A stretch of 64,000 nucleotides of DNA from Torpedo marmorata (taxonomy: Eukaryota), in NCBI GenBank assembly GCA_977017645.1, contig OZ360220.1:224564001-224628000 (forward strand), read 5' to 3'. The translations under genes were made by a program, and so were the position numbers. Under the pieces are notes generated by a model. The model made no database searches, was not told where the DNA came from, and worked only from the letters and a program-made list of their open reading frames with translations. Of the stretch, positions 26,317 to 38,758 are shown in pieces; position 1 is the first letter of the stretch; each line of letters starts with the position of its first letter.

Positions 26317-26904
26317 TTGGGAATGCCAGGAGCTGCTGATACATTTGTTTCTCTTTATTTTCACAGCATGATTTCCAAACAATGGATGAGCAGATAATAA
26401 ATACTCAAGATCTGCATGGCAACACATTCATTAAATTCACCTGAGGTAAACATAGACATCAAGTGCTTTATTGAGTGCGAATGTTTGTCAGATCTAAACA
26501 ATTACCGGTAGATCATTCTGAACTTAATTAAATATTCACAAGAGTTTTACCTACTACAAAATGCAACAAAGTACAAGCTCAAAAGAGAGCTGACCACATT
26601 GGAAAACCAATTCTGGTGAAAATTTGTGAATTCCAAATAAAATAAAATGATCTCAGGTTTTATGGACCACTCTGAATGGCCAATATTCCTCACTTTAGCA
26701 AAGGTAAGTAATGAGTCTGGAGCAGTGCTTAATTTAACGTCAGTGAACAATAATTCCTATTTTTAATTCAAGTAGTACCTATAGATGTAGGATTTGGTCA
26801 CAACAAAGACTTACCCAGCCCAATCAACTCTGCACCTCACATTTAGCAACATGTCTAAACTAAGAAAGCTCTACCATAGCATGGATAATTATCACCCAGA
26901 CATG

Positions 26905-27860
26905 GCTATATATAAATGACCTGGACGAAGAGGTGGAAGGATGGGTCAGTAAGTTTACAGATGATACGAAGGGTGGAAGAGTTGTGAATAGTGTTGAAGT
27001 TGGTCGTAGGTTACAAAAGCATGTAGACAGGATGCAGAGTTGGGCAGAAAAGTGGCAGATGGAGTTCAATCCAGATAAGTGTGAGGTGATGCATTTTGGA
27101 AGGTCAAACCAGAAGGCTGAGTACAGGGTTAATGGTCGGATACTTAACTGTGTAGAAGAACAGAGGGACCTTGGGGTCCAAATCCATACATCTCCCAAGG
27201 TTGCCGCTCAGATTGATAGGATAGTTAAGAAGGCTTATGGGATGCTGGGTTTCATTAGTTGGGGGATTGAGTTCAAGTCGAGAGGTCATGTCGCAACGCT
27301 ACAAATCTCTGGAGAGACCACGTTAGAATATTGTGTTCCGTTCTGGTCACCTCATTATAGGGAGGATGCAGAAGCTATGGAGAGGGTGCACAGGAGATTT
27401 ACCAGGATGTTACCTGGATTGGAAAATGTCTTATGAGGCAAGGTTAGCAGGGCTGGGACGTTTCTCTTCGGAGCTAGAAGGATGAGAGGTGACTTAATAG
27501 CGCTCTACAAGTTTGTGAGAGGCATAGATAAGGTAGACAGCCAGTGTCTTTTTCCCAGGGTGGGAGTAGCAAACACCAGTGGACACCTGTACAAAGTGAA
27601 GGGTTAAAGTTTAGGGGAGACATCAGGGGTAAGTTTGTTTTTTTTATAAACACAGAGTTTATGGATGCCTGGAATGCCTTGCCAGAGGTGGTGGTGGAGG
27701 CTGAAACATTAGGGGCACTTAAGACTCTTAGGCAGGCACATGGATGAAAGAAAAATAGAGGGTTACAAAGTAGGAAGGGTTTCGTTTTTTTTTTAGTAGA
27801 AATATATAGGTCGGCACAACATCAAGGGCCGAAGGGCCTGTATGGTGGTGTAGTGTTCTA
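26905..27860 (+). mobile_element. CR1-type LINE 3' fragment
   Basis: SKFTDDTK, WAEKWQMEFNPDKCEVMHFG, RDLGV, LEYCVPFWSPHY, RRFTRMLPGL. Confidence 0.92.
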
Positions 27861-28190
27861 TTATCTATTTGCAGAGTAAAACCATTCACCCCATCCCAGA
27901 CATTTTTATTGTAATCTCTGGAATGCTCTGTCTCACCAGCACAGCAGATCCCACAGAGATGGCAGCACAAGGGTGTAACTGAGTCCCAAGGAATTCTCAA
28001 CATTCATTTCAGACTGCATGAAGTCTCAACTATTAAATCAAAACATAGGCAAGGAGATCTGCTCATTCCCTCATGTACATTCATGAGGCATCATAGGCCT
28101 GCAGCAAAATATCTTGTCAAGTCCTTGAGGAGGAAAGGCCCATCATTCCATACAATAACACCTATGGAGAGGAGTTTCTCTATGGAAATA

Positions 28191-28420
28191 GGGGCCGCAG
28201 TTAGTGTAGAGGTTAGCGCAACACTGTTACAGTGCCAGTGACTGGGGTTTGAATCCCACGCTGTAAGGAGTTTGTACATTCTCCCCATGTCTGCATGGGT
28301 TTCCTCCCACCATTCAAAAAGTACCAGGGGTGTAGGTCAATTGGGTGTAATTGGGCAGCACGGGCTCGTGGGTTGAAAGGGCCTGTTACCATGCTGTATG
28401 TCTAAATTTTTAAAAAAATT
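28191..28420 (+). mobile_element. tRNA-derived HE1/V-SINE-like SINE
   Basis: Box A-like tagtgtagagg, box B-like ggtttgaatcc, V-domain-like ggagtttgtacattctccccatgtctgcatgggtttcc, and a CR1-like tail. Confidence 0.8.
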
Positions 28421-29934
28421 ATGCAACATATTGCATATAGACAGATAGCCACACAGCAATTCAACTGTTTCTGTCAGCCATAGTCAAGATCATAGGTAAT
28501 CCAAAGACACTGTTAGGATATGAGCAAAACAGAATTGTCACAATGGCAAGTGGTGGATGAGTCTATAGCAGCCATTGCAGGACAGTGAACAAAATCTGCT
28601 CTGGCTGGGGAAGTACTTTGATCGTGACTATGTTTGTAACAGGATTCTCTCTTTGTTCATCAAAATCCAAAGGTTGCTTTGGATTCAGTGGCTACTGAAA
28701 ACGACACTCCATTGGCCTCCGCTTCATTTATAAATACCCGTGAAATGGATGGGAACCTTTGAAAGAACCACATCTATATTTTGAGACCAGCTTGGCTATA
28801 CTTATCATTCATCAATTTGAAAATGGTACGAGTTCAAGTGATCATAAGGGTGAGTAGTAACAGTGAATCCATTGGATATTCCGGATATTTATTACACAGT
28901 GCTCTTTTCAAGGTACAAGGTTCAACTCTTTAATGATGAGAGGGGTGTCTGCTATAACTGCATCCAAGTGATTTTGGAGAAAACTTCATGCTTTCTAATG
29001 TTTAATTCTTCATTCGGATGTTTAAAATCAATAAATATGATGTGGTACAATTATACATGGTATACTTTATTTTTCATAGCCTATTTAAACTCAATTCCAG
29101 GCAACATAATGTCTAATCAACATTATAATAAATAACAACATAATTACAAAATGTGGAAATATTTTGATGATTAATATGTGCTATTCTTTGCAAGTGCCCT
29201 CTGAGCTGGGATGAAGCAGCTTCAGTGTGGCTGCTTCTAATCACCATGGGGACGTTCATGATCAGCTCCACTCCTGAAAAAGCAGCTTTTAACAGTTGCA
29301 TTCTACCTTTGTGGCCACAATCTGAGATAGCTGGCTGTGGGACAAATAAAAATGCACTACCTATGCAGAAGTTGCGGAAATGCTGTACTCCTGAGGAGTG
29401 ACAGCAATTTCACACTTCCACAAAGCCTATTAAACAGGAGTGCGAATGTACAGTGGACCAATTAACGTGCACTACCATCGACACAGAATCCACAAAGCCA
29501 ATAATCAAATCCCAGAGAAATGTCATCCTTGAAAGCATCAGTATTTTCTTGGGAGTCATTCACTGCTGAAGAAGGTCCCAATCAAGATCATTCTGACCCT
29601 GGATGATATTTCTGCTCCTGGGATGAAATTAGCAGAGCTCAGTCCAAAACCCTGAGGCATGAAAACATTTGAGGTGCGTGCACCTCCCAAGAAACTAAAA
29701 CAGCCTATTAGCTGCTTCTAATGGTAGTTGGACCTTGGCAAAAGAGGCATATCATTTATATAAAGAAAGTGAAGCCTCCCAGCCCCTCACAACTACCTGA
29801 GAGCTTGGAGTTGGACGTTTTGACACAAACAGTATTTTGTACATTCAGTCAGAACCATCTCAATAAACACCTGCATCAGCCTTCTCATGAATGGTCCCCT
29901 TTCACGGTCTTCATCAGAGCTCAGGAGACAAGAG

Positions 29935-31105
29935 ACTAGAAGAGATGCAGACACTGGAATCAGGGGCAATAAACAAGTTGATGGAGGAACATAATGAGTC
30001 AGGCAGCATCTGTGGAGGTAAAGGGAATGTCGTTTCAGGTCAAGACCCTTCATTAAGAATGAATGTTGAGAGAGAGGATAGCCTGTATAAAGGGAATAAA
30101 GGAAATGAAACAGGAGTCAGTGGTTGATTGGTGGACTGAGGAGAGGTGAAGGTTGAGGGGAGGGAGGGGGCTCAGACTTGGGATATAGGTGACCAATTAG
30201 TGGCAAACAACTGCTGGCAACACTTGCTCTTACACCTCCTCCCTCACCACCATCCATGGAGCTAAATAGCCCTTTTTGGTAAGGCAAAGGTTCATGTGCA
30301 CATACTCTAACCTCGCTTACTGCATTTCATGCTCCCCATGTGGGTTCCTCCACATCAATGAAATCAAGTCTAGACTAAGCAACTGATTTGCAGAGCACCT
30401 GTGCTCTGTCCACAAAGACCACCCCAAGCTCATGGCAAAGAACGTTACAGGACCAGCAAAAGCATGAAGAAAATTAAATGTCCAGCTCCTTCAAATAATG
30501 CAAAAGATGGACCTGCATGCCATTTCAACACCCTTTCCTATTCCCACACTGATCTTAGCTTTCCACTCTGCCAAGGGGAGGCTTAAAACATCCCATTATA
30601 CCTGGGTAATCTATAACCCAACAGCATGAGACAGAATTTTCTAATTTCAAGTAATCCTTATCACCTGGGTGCCCCATCTCGCCTTCCTATTCACCTCCCA
30701 TTCCTGTCCCCTTTCCCCCAAACTCCTTTAGCACCCCATTACCATCTCCTTCCACCTCCTGGTTCCATGCAGCTGCTACCTATGCCCCTATCTACTTCCA
30801 TCTGTCAATACCACTTTCCTAATGGTTTCCATTCAGACCTTCCTGGTTTCTCAGGTTCTGGCACAGTTAGCCCTTCTGTTCCTGCTTATCACTCTCCACC
30901 AGCTGTCTCCACCTTCACCCTCCCTATTTGGCTCCATCAGCCCTTTGCCTCTTTTTTTCCCCCACTCCTTTCACTCACCCCTTCTGCTCTTTATGTAGCT
31001 ATATTGTCTTTCCGCATTCAGTCTTGAAGGATCCTGACCCAAAATGTTGACCTACATTTATTTCCCTCCACGGATGCTGCCTGACCCACCAAGTTTCACC
31101 AGCCA
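29935..31105 (+). mobile_element. Degenerate Penelope-like element with an inverted tail copy at its left end
   Basis: An antisense tail (29935-30200) precedes a sense GIY-YIG remnant and a sense tail (cggatgctgcctgacccaccaagtttcaccagc). Confidence 0.65.
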
Positions 31106-33195
31106 TTTTTTTTTTTTTTAATATAATTCATCGGAGCTCAGGGTACAAGCAGATTTGACTCTTGTCCAGCCCATTAGTGTCAAACATTCCTTTTGTGCAA
31201 TGTGTCCTGTGATCCATGCTTTCTATTCTCATGGTCTCAGTATTTATGAGCTAATATGTAATTGGAATCAAGCAGAATAAAGCAGCATGTTCAACCTTCT
31301 ATTTTAGCAGTCGACCTGGAGATGAGAATTGTGGTTGCATTTCTGGAATAACCCAAGGTAGATGAGTTCATGGTCCTTTTTTGGAAATTAGCCAGCACAC
31401 ACACAGATATGTGTGGATGGGACTGCCAATAATGATCGATAAATTGATGAAGGTACAAGAGATGGGTACACATGGAGACTGATAGCTTCTCCTGGTGCAG
31501 CAGCTGGTGGTTCCTTGTGACTTCAATTTAAAAGACAAAGGCAGCAATTTTTAAAATCAGTCCATTTATGAAAATGGTGCCGAACTGAATCTGTGATTAT
31601 GGTGGGATGTGCTCAAGTGTGGGGATGCATTGCAGCTGAAGGCTAGAAATTTGAGGAGGATCAGAGCTCTCATCTCAACCTATCTCTTGAAGTCATGATA
31701 GAGTTTATGGCATTGCTCCATGTTAGTCAGGGCTGTGTTCTAGGTGATGAGCTTAGCCATCACATTCCACAGGCTTCTCCCTGGTCCTTGAAGGGTGCCT
31801 GGCATGCACTGGTGTGGATTTAATCTACCAGGACATGCAAAGCAATAAGGCTTAGAGCACACTCCATCCTCTCTCATGTCTTTTTGCCAGTCATGGTGGT
31901 CATCAAATCTAAAGCAGAAAGTTTGTTTACACATAGAACATCTCTTCAAGCAAAGCAGCACTTGGCTTAGTTCTGGAAGCTGCATGAAGTTTAAACAGGA
32001 GGCATCAGAACCCAGTTCCTCTTGTATGGAAGTCTTGCCAGAAAATAAAAGTGCTTGCTTTGATGGACAAGAATTGTGAATTTATAACCACAATCTTAAT
32101 GTGACAAAATGGTTCATAATGGATGCACCATACAATGACATTTTAAACTCAAAGGCTAATGAATTTCTTGATATAATTAGTTGTTTTCAGATGTGGAAAC
32201 TTATCCAGAATGCAAATTGAATCAGCAGTCTCAGATGGTGCTATTTCTTCTTGAATTATTCAGAAAAATCATGCACTGACAACACCAAAATCCTCTTATA
32301 CAAGAGTGCACATGTATGGCTTTTGATTTGTGTCTTCAGATCTAAACTTGCTGCTGAAGTTTCAAGATTCCAAAACTTGTATGGGGTTTTTATAATCCCA
32401 CAATTCAAATCTGCTCAAGAAGAGCCAAGGACAACCAAAATGGTGATAAGACACAAATGTATTTGAATTTGCAATAACACATAAATGGTGAAGCGTTAGA
32501 TTTGACATCCTATTTTGCCAGCATGTTAAACCTTTAGGAAATGATGCTAGGAAAGTAAGTGTTTTTGATCAACATTTTGTACAAATTCAGTGAAAATGCC
32601 CAGTTACTGAAGTAACACTAACTTTTCAAAACCGCTGCAAAAGAGTGATCAAGAAGAGCAAATACACCACCAATTGTGTCATTGTGCACTTTTAAATTAT
32701 GCATTTAGTTGCAAAATTAAAAGAGATTTGTAGTGGGAAACAAATGCTCACTGAAGTGTTTAAAACGTGGTCATGAGTTTGTACATCTTGCCAAATATCA
32801 ACCCAACAATACAGATATGCATCACCCATGACTTTGTGCAGCATAAAGCGAATTCTTCCTCCCAGTAGCTTTTCAATGATAACTAATGATCATGTAATGA
32901 CCAGGTAGTCAATTTGAGGCACTCAATTACCCAGTATAAGTCAGAAAGCAATGAGATACAAAGTATAGAAAGAGCGCAAATATCCTCAGGTGGTCTTTTG
33001 AGATCAAATGTAAAATCTATTCCAATATTTAATAGTCATATAGAAATAGTACTAAGTATTTCATGGACAGGCAGGTTATAAGAAAATAAAGAACTAATGT
33101 TTTCATGTCCATTTGAAAAAAAAAAATTTTGTCTTACTACCTCCACATTTTAAATATGATAAGATGGTGGAAGTGGGATATTTGTTAATACTTAC

Positions 33196-33212
33196 TGTGC
33201 CTGGGTCCCTCT
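33196..33212 (-). CDS. TLE1: TLE1-like 17-nt micro-exon (about exon 8), completing ERDPGT
   Basis: Minus strand reads ggaaacag|AGAGGGACCCAGGCACA|gtaagt. Phase 1 in and phase 0 out fits the preceding exon; the peptide resembles the recalled mammalian TLE1 DREPGT. Confidence 0.88.
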
Positions 33213-33328
33213 CTGTTTCCACAGTAATCACAAAATGCAAAGATATGGTGGTTCAGATACAAAGGCAAAAAAAGAAACAAAGAAAAAAGAAATTAGAACA
33301 CAAGCAGACAGATGCTTTCACAACAGCT

Positions 33329-33334
33329 TTTATT
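33329..33334 (-). terminator. Candidate intronic polyadenylation signal AATAAA with a downstream GU/U-rich tract
   Basis: Minus strand reads gAATAAAagctgttgtgaaagcatctgtctgcttgtgttctaatttcttttt, about 117 nt upstream of the micro-exon. Confidence 0.45.
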
Positions 33335-36297
33335 CTTTCATTTCATTGCACATTCCTAATACATTTTTGTTTAAAGTTCCACTTTAACATTTTTCAGTAT
33401 AGCAGTTCTTTGCATACAACCCCTGGCCTCAGAACCACTGACAGAATAAATTACTGCTGGGTTATTAAATTAAAATGGCATCAAGAGAATTATTTGACAA
33501 GTGCAATTCTTAGTCATTAAATTATATGGATTCACAGCATATTGATTCTCAATACAGATTTGTTTTTAATAAGAAAAATCTGTTGAATTTAAGAGAACAA
33601 AATTATTTGACACGATTACAAACTGAAAACCTAGGAACATCAAGTACTTTTTTCCCTCTCAGTACACATTTCAAAAAGATGACCAGTATAGACAGAAAGA
33701 AGAATAAACCAAGAATATGAACAGCTCCCTTCTGCTTCTTGCCAGTGTAACAATCCACAAAACAAACTTAGGTGAAATGAGGAAAATTGCACAGTGGAAC
33801 CCTCTAAATAAAGCTCCAGACCAATTCTGTTTCAGCTCAAATGGAATTTCTTTTACATTAAAAATATCCATATTTCTAGATCCCCTCCATCTTAAATGTC
33901 ACTATGTGACTAATGTTTTGTGTTTCTTGACAATTTTTTTAATATTTTTTTTAATGGACTGGGAAATGGAAAGAGATAAAATTGAAGTTGGTGCATGTTT
34001 TAATTTAGATTAGTGGAGAGAACAAATATTTATTTGGTCCATGGTTTTCCTCACACCACTCCAGCTGCTCTTCAGTTTTCATTAATATTAGAAATTATAT
34101 TTTCATGATGAAAATTACACCAATATCATCGCTCCATCTGCAAGAACTGTACAAAATTTGAAAGCATAATTCAACAATTCTCAAAAGCATAGAGTTAAAA
34201 AAAACATCAAATTTAGATGGACTTGTTTTTTTTTTTTTTTTTTTTTTAAAAAGACAGGGGCAGCAGGGGAGACAAAAAAAAGGACCAAAAAAAATGACGA
34301 AGAGTGCAGCTTTCAGTGTTTGTCTATGCTGAATACTGATTACAAAAAGGACCAAACATTTTGTAGGCATGATGCATGGCATACAAGCAGAAAATATATT
34401 GTTATCAGATACTTGGACCATGCACAAATCTTTACTAATTTAGTCAAAACACATGTGGCCCATTTAGTTTTTCTCTTGACTACTTTTGACCCAAGCGGTC
34501 AGAAAACTGTGACCTAATTCACATGGATAAGGTTTGTTCAAAGTATTTAGGTAAAGAAAAAATCTTGCATCTGGCAAAGCCACTGTATATTTTAGATTAC
34601 TATTTAATCCAATTTTTAAAACATATCATTGGTTATGTAACTGTTAGAGCTTCCTTAAGAAAAAGGAAACAAAAGTACCGGTATATTGCACTTCAAATTG
34701 CCAAGTTCATTTTTTTTTAAATATAGTCAACAGGTTCTGGAAAGTTTGCATAGATATGTGGTGAAAAAGATGCACTATAATTTGCTGTACTCACAGGAGT
34801 ATATGTTTATGCATCATGTTAATTAAGTTGTAACATTTGAACCTTGTACCTCAAGAGAAGCAAGATCGTCTGGTTACAAAAGACTGCCTGAGGCAAGTAT
34901 GAAATTCTATATTGTTTTTGTGAAATCATTCTCATACAAGAGGGGAGGAGAAAAAAAAATGAGAATAGTAACCCATTGCCTGGAGTTAGAATGTGCACAT
35001 AATTTGAACATTTATTAAACAAAAAGCAAACAAATAAACATTTGATCGGGTTAATTTGATATGGCCAATGGGGACATGTATGGCCATGGGTGCAAATGAG
35101 GATCAACAGTTATTGGCAATTCACAATCCAATCAAAAGCAATCACTTAAGGCAAAGGTTCTATCCATGAGCTAACAAGACATTTAGATTAAGACACCTAT
35201 AAGTCACTTCAAACATTTTTTTTTAATTGTTGAATACAAAAGTGCCTCTGTCTCACCCGTTTTAAATTTGTTGTTTTAATAGTTCTGAAAGCAAACGTGA
35301 TAATTGGAAACGAAGAAAAAGGAATGGCTGTTTATGTAGGCATCAGTGCAATCGACTCCTTAACCCAATCATACAATTAGAAATGAAGATGCTGCAATGA
35401 CCAGATCTCACCAGAATAGGTCTACTGAACAAATTGCAAATGTTGCAGGAAGTAGATAGAATTAACAATCAATTGGCTTAGATAGACTAATTTCATAGAC
35501 ATATATTAATTAACTTGAGGACAATTAAAACAGCATAAAAGCAAGCAACCTTGTATTATTCCCATATAAACCATACATCATTAATTGCTGCTGCATTATT
35601 TCTCAAAACATGCCTTCCCCCAGGTGAAACAGTTTTTAATGAAGCAGCTGTATTGTAATAATGTGGCGAGGGGATTGGCACATTTCCATTCTACATCACT
35701 TCATTTACTCTGGTATCCAATTTGCATTTGGACTCGAGCCTTTGTCTAGCCACTTGAAACACTTTAACAAATGCACAGTAGCAACCAAGAAACTAGAGAT
35801 CAGTCCACAGACTGTAAACATTACAAATTAATTGACACGAATGCTGTGGAATGCAATCCTCTTGGCCCATGTAATTACAACATTAGCTGCATTAAAATGG
35901 GACAGCACTCATTATATTAAAACTAAGTTTAGAGCATGGCCTAAGCATGTCCTTGCCTGTTGAATTCCCACTTAATAATGGATTTTACACCCAAAGGTTT
36001 TTTTTTAAATGGGTATAATACTTCTATGTAAAAGTTGTGCTGCACATTTTAATGGTCAGCCAACAAAGAATATGCATTTATAATGTGGGTCAAACAGAAA
36101 ACAACAACAAATTCTTCAAAAAATAGTAGGTTCAGTTTTACAGAGCTAAAATTTAAACTGATTGTTTGGCCAATTGCTTAATACATTTTTTGCATCATTT
36201 TAATGATTTTGAAAACTGTACATACACAAAATTTAACTACGACAGAACTGAAGTTCACAAAACATTTTCAATCAGGCCTGCCTGCCTTGCTTCTCAC

Positions 36298-36502
36298 CTC
36301 TGTGGTGATCCGATTCATGATGCTTCTTATCTTCTTTCATGGAAAGGTGGGATTGTCCACCCAAAGCACTTGATAGAGCCAGAAGACCTGCACTGCTACC
36401 AAGTGAGGGGAGTGACGGAGGCTGGAGTCCTGAGGGATGAGGTGTGAGAGGTACTGGAGGTCCATGACCATGAGAGAGATGCTGAGCCTGAAGTTGCTGT
36501 TG
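36298..36502 (-). CDS. TLE1: TLE1-like GP-domain exon (205 nt; about exon 7), [68 protein letters not shown]
   Basis: Hand translation (absent from the ORF track). Acceptor atggacag|, donor G|gtgaga, phase 0/1. [19 protein letters not shown] is the TLE1-type motif. Confidence 0.95.
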
Positions 36503-36685
36503 CTGTCCATATTAGTATCACCACGAGTTGACCAATAAAATACAAGAAAAATGTAGTTATTTCAGAAAGAAATTCCTATGGAAAGTCAAAAAAGTTTAAC
36601 AGTGAGTAGAAAATATCAATTTTATCTCCTTGATTTCAATGAATACACACATTAGTGGGAAGCAATTGTGGAAGAAATTGATTTA

Positions 36686-37075
36686 CAGGTATGCGCCGCT
36701 TAATGTCCGTTCGGGCAACATCCGACCGCATATACGTCCGTGGTCCCATAATTATTCAGTTACCGCAAGTCTGCAGCAATTTAGAAAAAGCGATCGCTAG
36801 CTATAGGAAATTGTATACTGTACTGTATACCCAAACTGATCCAACTGCCCCGCTCTCTCCCCACAGCCCTGTATCAGTCCCAACTAATCCCACTGCCCCG
36901 CGCTCTCCCCACAGCCCTGTATCAGTCCCCCTACATACAAATAAAAAGTTTACAGGTACACTACAGTATCCCATATAGCTTTGCTAAGTATATAATATGG
37001 TGTTCACACAACGTCCACATCGCATAACGCCCAATTTCACAGAACGTATCTTGGACGTTAAGCGGCGCATACCTG
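36686..37075. mobile_element. Tigger/pogo-type MITE with an internal 48-bp tandem repeat
   Basis: TIR caggtatgcgccgcttaatgtcc / ggacgttaagcggcgcatacctg; TA TSD at 36684-85 and 37076-77; tandem unit at about 36834-36929. Confidence 0.9.
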
Positions 37076-37559
37076 TACTTGCAGTCACATAGACGTCATT
37101 GCACATTAGATGCAAAGTCTTTACAAGTCTTCCTTGTCGGTTATGAAATTGTATATGCTTTCTTTAAATGGTTGCCAATGCTGAAGTTCACATTTTCTCA
37201 CTTCTCAAGCCAGAAGGCTAAACTAATCTGTCATCTTGTACTGCTAACAAACTGCTTGATGTGGGATAACACTTGCTCAACAATTCACCAGCTCAAATAG
37301 ACTCTTGCCTCCAGTGACTTTCTGAAGCAGAATCCTAATCAAAGGGAAAGAAAGGAAAAGTGGGAGAGATGAAAGCAGAAGGAATGGGGTCCTGATAAGA
37401 CCCCTTTCCATGTCCACAGATCCCTCCAGGTTGCCGCGCAAGTTGATTGGGTGGTTAAGACGACATATGGCGGGCTGGCCTTTAGTCAGGAGATTGAATT
37501 CAAGACCAGTGAAGTAATGTTGCAGCTCTACAAAACTCTGGTTAGACCACACTTCAAGT

Positions 37560-38200
37560 ATTGTGTTTCATTCTGGTCACCGCATTATGGGGAGGATGTG
37601 GCAGCTTTAGAGAGGGCACAGAGGAGATTTACCAGGATTTTTTTTTCTTTTTTTTTTTTAAAAAAAGAGATAGAGCACAGCAACAGGCCACTCCGGCCCA
37701 CGAGCCCGTGCTGCCTAAATTACACAAGATGTTGCCCCAATTTGGAGAACACATTTTATGAAGTAAAAACACAATGCTGGAGAAACTCAGCAGGTCAAAC
37801 AGTGTACTTTATATAGCAAAGATAAAGATACATAACCAACATTTCAGGCTTGAGCCCTTCATCGAGGTACCTTGGCTCAAGTCTGAAACGTTGGTTATGT
37901 ATCTTTATCTTTGCTATATAAAGTACACTGTTTGACCTGCTGAGTATCTCCAGCATTGTGTTTTTACTTCAACCGCGGTGTCTGCAGACTTTCATGTTTT
38001 ACTTCATAAAATGTGTTCTCCAAATTGAGGCAACATCTTGTGTAATTTAGGCAGCACGGGCTCGTGGGCCAGAGTGGCCTGTTCCTGTGCTCTATCTCTT
38101 TTTTAAAAAAAAGAAAAAAAAATCCTGGTAAATCTCCTCTGTGCCCTCTCTAAAGCTGCCACATCCTCCCCATAATGAGGTGACCAGAATGAAACACAAT
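37560..38200. repeat. About 640-bp imperfect palindrome centred on back-to-back PLE tails
   Basis: 37560-37768 is the reverse complement of about 37997-38200, and 37760-37857 of about 37874-37970. Confidence 0.92.
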
Positions 38201-38330
38201 ATAAAGTACACTGTTATACCTGCTGAGTTTCTCCAGCATTGTGTTTTAACACATTTTATGAGGTAAGATTGACAGCTTGCTTGGGCTTTTCTCTTTGGAG
38301 CGACAAAGGACGTGAGGTGACTTAGTGGTA

Positions 38331-38758
38331 CCATATATGCCGGCATACAAGACGGTCCTTCAACTTTAAAAATGTCACCCCAAAACCAGGGGTCATCTTA
38401 TACACCAAGTATAAAAATCCGAAACTTAACAGCAAAGTCTCAGCGATCCCCCGTGGGGTCCATCCGCCCAGTCCGACTGCCGTTGGCTCCGTACAGGCTT
38501 TAAACGGCAAGTTAATGGAGCCGAGAGTGTTTATTTTAAAATATGCCTATAAAATTTAAACCTTTACTGGGTAGTTTGCTTTTAAAATATTGTGAATTAG
38601 TCTATTAAAATGTGCCTAGCAGCATCACTCCACTGGTCAGCGCTAAGTGCCAGACCTGGGGTAGACTTATACAACGAGTATAGCTCAAAACCTACATTTT
38701 AGGTGGAACTTCAGGGGTCGTCTTATACGCCAGTCATCTTATATGCTGGCATATACGG
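38331..38758. mobile_element. Tc2/Kanga-like (Tc1-mariner superfamily) MITE
   Basis: TIR ccatatatgccggcatacaagacg / catcttatatgctggcatatacgg; TA TSD at 38329-30 and 38759-60. Confidence 0.85.
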
